Below, one piece after another: positions 8,991 through 16,710 of a DNA stretch of 64,000 nucleotides. This DNA comes from a virus (lineage: Duplodnaviria; Heunggongvirae; Uroviricota; Caudoviricetes): the IMG/VR virus record IMGVR_UViG_3300042922_000286, positions 1 through 64,000 of that record, one strand, 5' to 3'. Position numbers and translations under genes: made by a program. The notes under the pieces were generated by a model. The model was given only the letters and a program-made list of their open reading frames with translations, had not been told where the DNA came from and made no database searches. The number at the start of each line of letters is the position of its first letter. Position 1 is the stretch's first letter.

Positions 8991-9381
8991 TGCTTCTCAC
9001 CCCTAATGTGAATTTTTCTACATCAACATCCGACCCTGATAGTTCGAATTTCAAGATGATTGGGACACCGTACCTATCCGCTATCAGATCAGCCGCCTTG
9101 CAGTAGTTGTTCCCCCAATTTCTATTCCCACTCGACGCAACCCCACGCATGAATGTATGATTGCTTTCAAGGAACTCGCCTGTCGAAACGGCAACGCGAC
9201 CAAAGCCAGTAGTGTAAGTGACTAAAACAAAAGGTTCGTGGACCACAAGCCCCTTACCAATCTTTATGTAAGGTAACCCGGTCTTGTCTACGAACCTTTC
9301 TACGTTTCCTGTTCTTGTGTCAAATACCACTAACATAGGTCGTTGAGGTAATAGATAGTATAGAACGCAATCACTGTTCAC
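8971..9381 (-). CDS. nrdI: NrdI flavodoxin-like protein.
   Basis: MLVVFDTRTGNVERF...LVTYTTGFG...GVASSGNRNWG...FELSG match NrdI signatures. The start is uncertain: GTG at 9381 or ATG at 9336. Confidence 0.65.
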   Translation of the reverse strand: MNSDCVLYYLLPQRPMLVVFDTRTGNVERFVDKTGLPYIKIGKGLVVHEPFVLVTYTTGFGRVAVSTGEFLESNHTFMRGVASSGNRNWGNNYCKAADLIADRYGVPIILKFELSGSDVDVEKFTLGVRSIEVYRA

Positions 9382-9742
9382 TATCCGCTTTCAGCTTCCG
9401 TAATTCGATCAGTTCCTCGACAAGGGAGTAGAAATCTCTGTCCTCAAGGACGAAGTAGTCCTTGGTGTCCCCGAACGAAAAAGCGAGGGCGGGCATCTTA
9501 TCAGTTCCGAAGGTTTCTTCCTTGATTTTGTCGAGCCATTCCTTCTGAACCGTAATTGATTTCTGCCCTGCCTTCGCTCTAGTTTTAGCCTCTATGCGAA
9601 ACAGCTTTGATACAACATCGCTCTTGGCGAACCATAAAGCTCCCGACGCCATCTGCCGCCGCGCTTCGTCTCCGAGCTGCTTTAAGTTCTTAGTTATTCT
9701 CCCTTCTTGTCTCTTTGAAACTAGCTGATTTCGTGTTGTCAT
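9371..9742 (-). CDS. Hypothetical protein.
   Basis: Internal ATG at 9742 has a strong RBS AGGGAGGG; the ORF track extends to 9778. Confidence 0.35.
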   Translation of the reverse strand: MTTRNQLVSKRQEGRITKNLKQLGDEARRQMASGALWFAKSDVVSKLFRIEAKTRAKAGQKSITVQKEWLDKIKEETFGTDKMPALAFSFGDTKDYFVLEDRDFYSLVEELIELRKLKADSEQ

Positions 9743-9950
9743 TCGGAACCCTCCCTGCTGTGACACGTTCTGACACACTGATGATGATACCCTCTGCGAT
9801 GGTGTCCCCGTGCTTTTCTATCACCTGTTCAGCTACCTTTCGGTCGAAGCGCAAGTGCAGCCACTCTACTAAGAACATGAAACCGTACTTGAAGAGGGCG
9901 GCGAGTGCCAAGCTGACACTCGCGCAGATCGCTACTGTGTACCAAGTCAT
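9690..9950 (-). CDS. Hypothetical small membrane protein.
   Basis: N-terminal TM helix. It starts 2 nt after the recA stop and overlaps the next ORF by about 53 nt, so it is uncertain. Confidence 0.3.
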   Translation of the reverse strand: MTWYTVAICASVSLALAALFKYGFMFLVEWLHLRFDRKVAEQVIEKHGDTIAEGIIISVSERVTAGRVPNDNTKSASFKETRRENN

Positions 9951-9951
9951 A

Positions 9952-11061
9952 TTAAGCAGCGCCCCTTAGAAGTTGATTAACCTGTTCGTACATCTTCGGT
10001 ACGATATACCCGCCCGCTTGGAAGTCTGCCGCGAGAGCTTCCTTCGTCTTAGGTACACCGTTCCATTTGTATTCTTCTTTTGTCTCAGGGTTAGTAAGCG
10101 CCTCACCCGTCGATGGGTCAATCCACTTCAACCAACCTGCGCCTGTTAGGATGTTCAACTCTTTGGCTACGTGAACCAATTCATTGATAGAGTCAAGCCC
10201 TGTCTCGTAGTACATATCGATAACAGCCACTTTATGGGGAGCCGCCACCTTGTTCTTCGAGATCTTACACTTGATCTGATTACCATGAACGACCTTCGCG
10301 TTACCAGAACCGGTAGAGAAGTAATCACCCTTCGAAACTTCAATGTTGATGGTTGCGGCATGTTTGAGCGATCTACCGCCCGATGTAGTCGTAGGCGTAC
10401 CGTACATCGAGAATCCACCGATCTTGTCGCGAAGCTGATTGATGAAGACGAGCGTAGTTCCCGACTTCGTAAGCAGCCCACTGTTGACGAGCTTACGCAT
10501 AGCCTTCGAGTTGATCTTCGAAGCCCCGCCTACGCGACTCTCCTTGTCCCAATCCTCTTGTTCAAACTCGTCCTTAGGAATCAGCCCGTCAACGGAGTCC
10601 AGCCCGATGATGCTATACTTGCCGCTCTGCAACATAAACTCGATCATCTTGTAAATGTTCTCAGCGTAAGTGTCAGGCTGCGTAATCATCAGGCGCTTCA
10701 AGTCCACCCCGAGCTTCTGCGCCCATATAGGGTCGTAGGAATGTTCGAGATCGATGATGGCGCACATCTTGTCAGGTTCTAACGCCTGAGCCTGTGCTAT
10801 CGCAAGATTCAGGATCGTCGTCTTACCTGAGGATTCTGCGCCATGCAGCCCGATAAGCCGACCGTGGGGAAGCCCTCCACCAAGAGCGATATCAAGCATC
10901 AAGGAGCCTGATGGACGCATCTTGATATTAGCCAACCGTTCCTCTTTACCTAGAATGAACATTGACTGCGGCCCGAACTCCTTACGAATCTCGGCTAGGA
11001 GCTTATCCTGCTCTGTATAGAAGTCGGTAATGTTCGTCTTTTCTTCATTTGCTACCGCCAT
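9952..11061 (-). CDS. recA: RecA-family recombinase.
   Basis: SGSLMLDIALGGGLPHGRLIGLHGAESSGKTT, FINQLRDKIG and the remainder align by eye with RecA over its full length. Confidence 0.8.
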   Translation of the reverse strand: MAVANEEKTNITDFYTEQDKLLAEIRKEFGPQSMFILGKEERLANIKMRPSGSLMLDIALGGGLPHGRLIGLHGAESSGKTTILNLAIAQAQALEPDKMCAIIDLEHSYDPIWAQKLGVDLKRLMITQPDTYAENIYKMIEFMLQSGKYSIIGLDSVDGLIPKDEFEQEDWDKESRVGGASKINSKAMRKLVNSGLLTKSGTTLVFINQLRDKIGGFSMYGTPTTTSGGRSLKHAATINIEVSKGDYFSTGSGNAKVVHGNQIKCKISKNKVAAPHKVAVIDMYYETGLDSINELVHVAKELNILTGAGWLKWIDPSTGEALTNPETKEEYKWNGVPKTKEALAADFQAGGYIVPKMYEQVNQLLRGAA

Positions 11062-11070
11062 TCAACCACC

Positions 11071-11397
11071 TCACAGGTTATCTTTTACTTTGCTGTACTT
11101 CACCTTATAGAACCCATGCTTATCCGTCCTGACCGTAGCACTTTCCCCGCACCCGTTGGAGATCGAACCTTTCTCCAAACGATTGGCTTGTAGGAAGTTG
11201 ATGAAGTCATGCTCTACGAAGTTCTCGAAGTCCTTGACCGCCTTAGGGGGAGAAGAAGGGAGGGTCGGTTCGACATCCTCCCTCAGCATTTCCTCCATAA
11301 TTTCAGGGGTCAGCTTCTCAGGCATATACCACTGAACATTAGGATGGGTCACGCTTCCCACTCTCCGCTCACAGAGTCGATGGAGATACGGTTCCAC
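11071..11397 (-). CDS. Hypothetical protein.
   Basis: ORF in operon context. Confidence 0.3.
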   Translation of the reverse strand: MEPYLHRLCERRVGSVTHPNVQWYMPEKLTPEIMEEMLREDVEPTLPSSPPKAVKDFENFVEHDFINFLQANRLEKGSISNGCGESATVRTDKHGFYKVKYSKVKDNL

Positions 11398-11567
11398 CCA
11401 CTCTTAACGATTTCGAGCTTACCGTCAGCCTTGATGTAGTGGCTGTAGTCGTTCGGCTTCGTCATAACTTCGGTGACGTTCTTCAAGGTTACAGGGTTCC
11501 CGTAGTCATAGTAGTACGTACGGGACTTCTCGTTTACCTTACGGACTTTGTTCACTTGTTCGGTCAT
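11349..11567 (-). CDS. Hypothetical protein.
   Basis: ORF in operon context; overlaps its neighbour. Confidence 0.3.
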   Translation of the reverse strand: MTEQVNKVRKVNEKSRTYYYDYGNPVTLKNVTEVMTKPNDYSHYIKADGKLEIVKSGWNRISIDSVSGEWEA

Positions 11568-11570
11568 TGG

Positions 11571-11966
11571 TTACACTCTCGCTTTCTTCGGCTTCTTCGC
11601 CTTACGAACACGGACAGTAACGAACTCGCAACGATTCGAGCTTTGGTACTTCTCGACCTGACTCGGTTCAGCAATGCCGCGCTTCACCAGTTCGGCCAAA
11701 CCTGCATACGTTAGATCAGCCTTCTCTATACCGCTGTCGCTCAATTCATCTACCAGACCGTCTTTATCGAACGGTACAGTAAACCGCAGATTGGCCCGAA
11801 TAACCATTTCTTCCTCGCTGCCAAGTGGAATAATGACCTGCCCAACGTTCTCAGCGACAAGGGCTTTGTGCAACTGTTCCTTGAGGAAATCAGCTTTCAT
11901 AACCAAGGAACGGCGATCCTCATTAAGCGACAACAATTGAGAAGCAAGATTTGGAATGTTAGACAT
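11571..11966 (-). CDS. Hypothetical protein.
   Basis: ORF in operon context. Confidence 0.35.
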   Translation of the reverse strand: MSNIPNLASQLLSLNEDRRSLVMKADFLKEQLHKALVAENVGQVIIPLGSEEEMVIRANLRFTVPFDKDGLVDELSDSGIEKADLTYAGLAELVKRGIAEPSQVEKYQSSNRCEFVTVRVRKAKKPKKARV

Positions 11967-12234
11967 TGTTATTCCCCCTGATTGGTAGTTTTAGATTGGC
12001 GTTGCACTTCTCACATCGACCGTATATAACTATTGGGTCGATACCGCATGTGCGGCATTTCATTACCCCGCCCCTGATGCTCCCGGGTTCCACTACAGCA
12101 GTGAATTCCACGTCTTTGACAGGTATACGCTTTTCCTCGCCTGTCTTTAGGTCTGTCAGAATCATGGTGGCGTTTTTAGCCACGAATTTCTTAGGCAATG
12201 TCATGAGTTTCTCGCTATAGCTGCGTTCGCCCAC
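11959..12234 (-). CDS. Hypothetical zinc-ribbon protein.
   Basis: CRTCG...CEKC cysteine pairs. Confidence 0.35.
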   Translation of the reverse strand: MGERSYSEKLMTLPKKFVAKNATMILTDLKTGEEKRIPVKDVEFTAVVEPGSIRGGVMKCRTCGIDPIVIYGRCEKCNANLKLPIRGNNNV

Positions 12235-12325
12235 ATTACCGCCTGTTCGAGGTTTGTCATGGCTAACGACTTCTCTCGGCTGTCAGGGCAGTTGTTGTCG
12301 ATAACATCGTACGGATTAGGCTTGC

Positions 12326-12868
12326 TCATGCTTGTAACCCCCTGTTTATACCGCGGCGAGTGTCCTCAAGATCACTGCCACGTCGAGATATTTCGCGGCT
12401 GATAGCGTAAGCGCGTTGTTCGTAGCCTTCACGGAGCGCCCGGGTCGCTGTGTACATCGACAGCGCCTCCGTATATTTCAATTCCCATTCGAGATAGAGA
12501 GGCTCACAGTATACTGAGGCGTCCCTAATCTCCCGGTTGCCTTCCTGAACAGTGTAGAGTTGCTTCTTCACCACGTCCCGCACCTCTTCGGCGGTGGAAC
12601 GGTCGATGTCAGCAATTGCCTCGCACCATCTTGCGTAGGACACCATTCCTGTCCAACGGTCAAGGAACTCACCAAGCTCGTTGTATGGAATGTTAGCAAT
12701 GCCGCCGTAGCGCCGCCGCACGTTGTCCCACTCTTGGAACAAGTCCGTTCCGGTTACTGCATCCTCAGGCTTGGGAGGTACAGGCAACCCTGCTCGTTGG
12801 ATTTTGTCCATCGTGGCCCTACGACTGACGAATAGCTTGACGCCTTCGACAATCTCATATCGCTGCAT
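12326..12868 (-). CDS. Hypothetical protein.
   Basis: ORF with coding-like composition. Confidence 0.35.
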   Translation of the reverse strand: MQRYEIVEGVKLFVSRRATMDKIQRAGLPVPPKPEDAVTGTDLFQEWDNVRRRYGGIANIPYNELGEFLDRWTGMVSYARWCEAIADIDRSTAEEVRDVVKKQLYTVQEGNREIRDASVYCEPLYLEWELKYTEALSMYTATRALREGYEQRAYAISREISRRGSDLEDTRRGINRGLQA

Positions 12869-12886
12869 TCAGCGCTCACCCTACCT

Positions 12887-13081
12887 TTAGCTGTTTCTCT
12901 TGTTCATACGCTCTATACGAACAACCCACATCGCAATTAATCCGATTAAGATGAGAATATCGCCGTCGTAACCTTCAAGGTTCACGTACTTGAAGAACCA
13001 CAGGTATGCAACGTACGCTAGTACAGATATTGGGATTAGTACATCAATTACATCCAGTACTTTACTGACGAACTTTTTCAT
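12887..13081 (-). CDS. Small membrane protein with two TM helices.
   Basis: Two hydrophobic helices; 4-nt overlap with the ruvC-like gene. Confidence 0.35.
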   Translation of the reverse strand: MKKFVSKVLDVIDVLIPISVLAYVAYLWFFKYVNLEGYDGDILILIGLIAMWVVRIERMNKRNS

Positions 13082-13593
13082 TTGTTATTTCCCCCTAAAT
13101 ATTTAATGTGTCCTGCCAACGCTACGGCGATTGCATCTGACTCGTCGTCTGACTCAAATTCCTTTTCGATCCTGAGAAGCTGACGGATCGCAGCCTCTAC
13201 CTCAACCTTGTTCAATGCCCCGTAGTCTGCAATCAGCTTCCTGACCTCCGAGGGAGGCATCTCTTCAATGTGAAACGCTAGGAGGGCTACTTCCAAGGCA
13301 CCCTTAGCTTTGAAGATAGCTTGGGTACTCTTGTTGAATCGAGTAAAGCCCTTCTCAACGAACACGGTGGGGTAGATAGGTTGGTACTTGGCGACCAGTT
13401 CTTGGGCCTTCGCATTGATAAGCGCCAGCTTGACTTGGTGCGGTGTTCCCTGTGCCCACGTCTTAGTGCGTCCCTTTACGACACCGCTCTCTACGAACTT
13501 CGGGACAGCCTTTCGGATATCCAGCACAGCCCACCCGCAGCCGTCAAGAGAAGGGTCAAAGGCCAGTAGGAAGTCGTACTTCATAACTTTCAC
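13078..13593 (-). CDS. RuvC-like Holliday junction resolvase.
   Basis: N-terminal FLLAFDPSLDGCGWAVLD with a catalytic D, and C-terminal ESDDESDAIAVALAG matching the RuvC DAADALAIA motif. Confidence 0.7.
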   Translation of the reverse strand: MKVMKYDFLLAFDPSLDGCGWAVLDIRKAVPKFVESGVVKGRTKTWAQGTPHQVKLALINAKAQELVAKYQPIYPTVFVEKGFTRFNKSTQAIFKAKGALEVALLAFHIEEMPPSEVRKLIADYGALNKVEVEAAIRQLLRIEKEFESDDESDAIAVALAGHIKYLGGNNK

Positions 13594-13882
13594 CTCCTAC
13601 GATATCTTTGGATGATAGGTCCAACTTCAAGCCGCCAACCAGTACGTTGTAGCGAGGTTCCTCTTCGTTATCTACAAAGAGCACCACACCTGTCTTACCG
13701 TTGAATGCCCTACTGTCATCGGGTTCCCAATCGCCCGCCCGGGTCAGCCTGATCCGTACCTCATCTCCAACTTTGAACTCCGCAGGAGGGAGAAGAGTTA
13801 CTGTCCCTCCCTGCTTAATAAGGCCATTAATGAACCTGCGGCGCTCTTTGCTTTGTGATCCTTTTGATCTTGATCTTGACAT
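13556..13882 (-). CDS. Hypothetical protein.
   Basis: ORF in operon context. Confidence 0.3.
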   Translation of the reverse strand: MSRSRSKGSQSKERRRFINGLIKQGGTVTLLPPAEFKVGDEVRIRLTRAGDWEPDDSRAFNGKTGVVLFVDNEEEPRYNVLVGGLKLDLSSKDIVGGESYEVRLPTGL

Positions 13883-14155
13883 TTACGCGAGGGAGGCAAA
13901 TTCGTGCTCAAACTCGCGCTGACGCTCGGCCATCTTCTCGCGGTTGGGGAGATTCACAAGACCCAGTTGGGCGAGGCGGCGAAGGCTCCGGGTGATGGAC
14001 TCAGCAGACGTTGCACGACTGAGTACATCTACGTTCGTTGCGCTGTCATAGATCGTCCAATAGTAGCGGAGAAGCTCGTTTCGGTCGAACAGCAGGTTAG
14101 GGAATGCAGTTACCAGTTCCAGCAGATTCTTACGGATGTTTTTGTGATTTTTCAC
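13883..14155 (-). CDS. Hypothetical protein.
   Basis: The ORF-track start at 14209 would translate the conserved promoter core itself. The GTG at 14155 is preferred because it has RBS GGAGTGA. Confidence 0.35.
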   Translation of the reverse strand: MKNHKNIRKNLLELVTAFPNLLFDRNELLRYYWTIYDSATNVDVLSRATSAESITRSLRRLAQLGLVNLPNREKMAERQREFEHEFASLA

Positions 14156-14183
14156 TTTTGATTCACTCCGTTTCGTGTGTTGT

Positions 14184-14227
14184 TTGCTTACACTGAACCT
14201 ATACGCCACGACCTCGGCTCAGTTTAT
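14184..14227 (-). promoter_or_regulatory. Conserved bipartite promoter-like element, copy 2 (ATAAACT-N15-CGTATAGGTTCAGTGTAAGCAA).
   Basis: Core at 14184-14205 and box AGTTTAT at 14221-14227 with a 15-nt spacer. Confidence 0.5.
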
Positions 14228-14232
14228 ATGCC

Positions 14233-15072
14233 CTAGAAATTTACCTCGGGAGCGCCTACCTCTTTGTCACAGAGCGACTTGAACGCACACCAACGGCAGT
14301 TGTCGCTTGCTTCTTTCGGCGGCAGAGTCTTTGTTTCAACGTACATTTCAAGCGTCTGGATACGGTCCTTCACCCACTGGTGCTGTTCGTCGGTATACTC
14401 TACCAAGAACGCTTTCCACTCCTGATTGTCCTTGTTGATGTACAAGAACATGACAAAGCGAACGCCAAGGCAGGTCGAGTAGATAGCGCCCTGTTTCCTG
14501 TAATCCATGGAGGGTTCTATCAGATATTCAAAGTCCTTGCTATTGATAGTTTTGAACTCGAATAGAATGTCTTTGCCCGCGAACCGAAACGCCCCGTCCA
14601 CCATGGCCGAGATAGGGAATAGCTTTGTGAACCGCCAGTCGAGGAACTTGATCTCGATAGGGGATGAGTTGTGCTCTCTGATAAACTCGATCTGTTCGTC
14701 TTGGAACGCAGGAAGCTCGGTATAGGGGATCAGACGCAGAGGGGAATCCTCCCGCTTGTCCATCTCTGCTAGAACCTCGTCCTGCACCCATTCATGCGTA
14801 ATGGTACCTACGTCAAATACGCGCTGCTGCTTTGGCGTAGTTTTTCTCTTGCTTGGATAGTCCATAAGCTCGTACCACTTCATACGCATACACTTGTAGT
14901 AGCTGGAAGGATTGTGTGCCTTCCTGTGCGTCTTGCTGTTCGCTCTTGCCTCCGTACGTTGCATGATGAACTCGTCAATGGCGGCGGTGAAAAGTTCCTC
15001 AACTGTTCTGTCTTTGTCTTTTTGTTCCTTCTTTACCTGCTGCGCAAGCTTCTTTAGACTCAACCCCGCCAT
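14233..15072 (-). CDS. Cas4/RecB-family PD-(D/E)XK exonuclease with an Fe-S cysteine cluster.
   Basis: D...EFK nuclease motif (MVDGAFRF...ILFEFKT), C-terminal C-x2-C-x5-C (CRWCAFKSLC) and an N-terminal Cys (YYKCMRMKW). Confidence 0.65.
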   Translation of the reverse strand: MAGLSLKKLAQQVKKEQKDKDRTVEELFTAAIDEFIMQRTEARANSKTHRKAHNPSSYYKCMRMKWYELMDYPSKRKTTPKQQRVFDVGTITHEWVQDEVLAEMDKREDSPLRLIPYTELPAFQDEQIEFIREHNSSPIEIKFLDWRFTKLFPISAMVDGAFRFAGKDILFEFKTINSKDFEYLIEPSMDYRKQGAIYSTCLGVRFVMFLYINKDNQEWKAFLVEYTDEQHQWVKDRIQTLEMYVETKTLPPKEASDNCRWCAFKSLCDKEVGAPEVNF

Positions 15073-15607
15073 CCCCCTTGTCGTAGAACACTCCGTATTT
15101 CAAGAAGTTCTCTCGTAATTTGATAATCGCTGCGTCTGATTCGGCGCTTATTTTTGTTCGTTCTTCCGAAGGCGAATTATACGACCAGAACCACTCATAC
15201 TCCTGTCCAACGTACTCTGCATAGCCGCCGTACGCGAACTCGTACAAGTAGCAGTCGTTCTCCGTACATTTGATCCGTGCCTCGCAGAGTGTATGGCTCA
15301 TATAGTCAGTCCATTGGGACATCTTACTGCCGCAAACAGGGCAATGATCACGATCGAACACTACGCAACCGTGCTCATCAACTCTGCCCCACGCAGGTAG
15401 AGGAACTACTTTCCAATGCTTTGCCGCATCCTGCCGAGATGTCCCAAGTGTCTTAACCATCACTCTCTTGTGCAGCTCCCGGTCGTAATACCAGTAGTGG
15501 ACGGACACCCCGAATCTGGAGTACTGTACTGTCCCGAATGTACCGGGATTTTCGATACTTTCAACTACCGCCCCGTATTTCATATACAAGCCTCCTGCGG
15601 GCCTCAT
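14999..15607 (-). CDS. Hypothetical Cys-rich protein.
   Basis: HCPVCGS...CTENDC. The likely start is the internal M (MKYGAV). It overlaps its neighbour. Confidence 0.3.
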   Translation of the reverse strand: MRPAGGLYMKYGAVVESIENPGTFGTVQYSRFGVSVHYWYYDRELHKRVMVKTLGTSRQDAAKHWKVVPLPAWGRVDEHGCVVFDRDHCPVCGSKMSQWTDYMSHTLCEARIKCTENDCYLYEFAYGGYAEYVGQEYEWFWSYNSPSEERTKISAESDAAIIKLRENFLKYGVFYDKGDGGVESKEACAAGKEGTKRQRQNS

Positions 15608-16064
15608 TCGCTAGGACGTCGGCCCTCTCGTTTAATTCGTTTCCGTTATGCCCTCTGACCCACTTCCAGACCACATTGAACTTCTTGCTTAGTTCGTGGA
15701 TAGGCTTGATAAGGTGAATATTCTTTATGGGAATCTGTACGCCTGGCATCTTTGACCAACCATATTTCGCCCATTTGTAGGCCCACCCGCCGCCAGCACG
15801 GAAGGAATTGACCACGTACTGGCTGTCACTAACAACGATGATGGTATGCTTTAATGCGGTATCGTTCAGGGCTTTTAACGCCTCATACGCTGCCATAAGC
15901 TCCATTTCGTTGTTGGTAGAGTACGGCTTGTTTCCAGATATCTCTTTGATGTGTTCCCCATCAGGGGTGGTTAGCTTTAAGATCGCCGCCCACCCTCCGA
16001 TGCCGTTGTCCTTGCCTTGATTCGGGCAAGAACCGTCAGTGTAGATTTCAATCACGCAGGTCAC
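15561..16064 (-). CDS. rnhA: Ribonuclease HI.
   Basis: IYTDGSC...NNEMELMAAYEAL...VSDSQYVVN...WKWVRGHNGNELNERADVLA match the RNase H catalytic DEDD residues and motifs. Confidence 0.85.
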   Translation of the reverse strand: MTCVIEIYTDGSCPNQGKDNGIGGWAAILKLTTPDGEHIKEISGNKPYSTNNEMELMAAYEALKALNDTALKHTIIVVSDSQYVVNSFRAGGGWAYKWAKYGWSKMPGVQIPIKNIHLIKPIHELSKKFNVVWKWVRGHNGNELNERADVLANEARRRLVYEIRGGS

Positions 16065-16353
16065 CCCACCGCGGGAACTCCACTCCCTCGATGGATTCTA
16101 CACAACCACCCTCAGGAGTAGGTTCAGCCAACACACGAAGGTCCGCATAGGCAGGTTCGCACCCTTCTCGCAAAGCAGGGAGGGACGAATCCTTGCTAAT
16201 AACGATTACCTTGCGGGAACGGTGGATGTAATCCTCGCTTAGATACACCTGTACGTCCTTGTCCTCCAGCTTCAACGCCTCTGCAATGATGCGATTCAGG
16301 ATGTTGGTAGGGATTACAACTTGAAATCCGTATCTTTGTTCTCTAGTGTCCAT
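16048..16353 (-). CDS. Hypothetical protein.
   Basis: ORF in operon context. Confidence 0.3.
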   Translation of the reverse strand: MDTREQRYGFQVVIPTNILNRIIAEALKLEDKDVQVYLSEDYIHRSRKVIVISKDSSLPALREGCEPAYADLRVLAEPTPEGGCVESIEGVEFPRWGDLRD

Positions 16354-16392
16354 GTTATCTCCACCCCTCAGGTTCTTTTCAGCCGCCCGCTT

Positions 16393-16710
16393 TCACGGGG
16401 TTTCCCCCTCCAGCTTGGGGAAAGTTACTTTCAACACCTTGTATTTGTTGCTGTACGCTACGTTCACGATAGAACCCTCGATTAGTGCTAGAAACAAACT
16501 ATTGTTCTCGACTACGAGTTCAATCTTTTGCTCCCCCTTGGCGAATGTTACATAGTAGTCATTCCAGCATCCTCGCATACAAGTCTTCTCGAAACGTTTG
16601 CTCTGTACAGTGACTTCTTTCAAATTGCCTGCTACTTCTGGTGCGGGCTTTTCAAACAACCCGCAACCAGTAAGCGCCAGTATTGATAAGATAACTAACA
16701 GCTTTTTCAT
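16393..16710 (-). CDS. Putative lipoprotein.
   Basis: Signal peptide with a lipobox (LALTGC). Confidence 0.45.
   Translation of the reverse strand: MKKLLVILSILALTGCGLFEKPAPEVAGNLKEVTVQSKRFEKTCMRGCWNDYYVTFAKGEQKIELVVENNSLFLALIEGSIVNVAYSNKYKVLKVTFPKLEGETP

Noticed and set aside
13883-14209. ORF-track N-terminus MAYRFSVSKQHTK for gene 13883..14209.
   Set aside because: Those codons are the reverse complement of the conserved promoter core (GTGGCGTATAGGTTCAGTGTAAGCAAACAA). The real start is more likely the GTG at 14155, which has an RBS.
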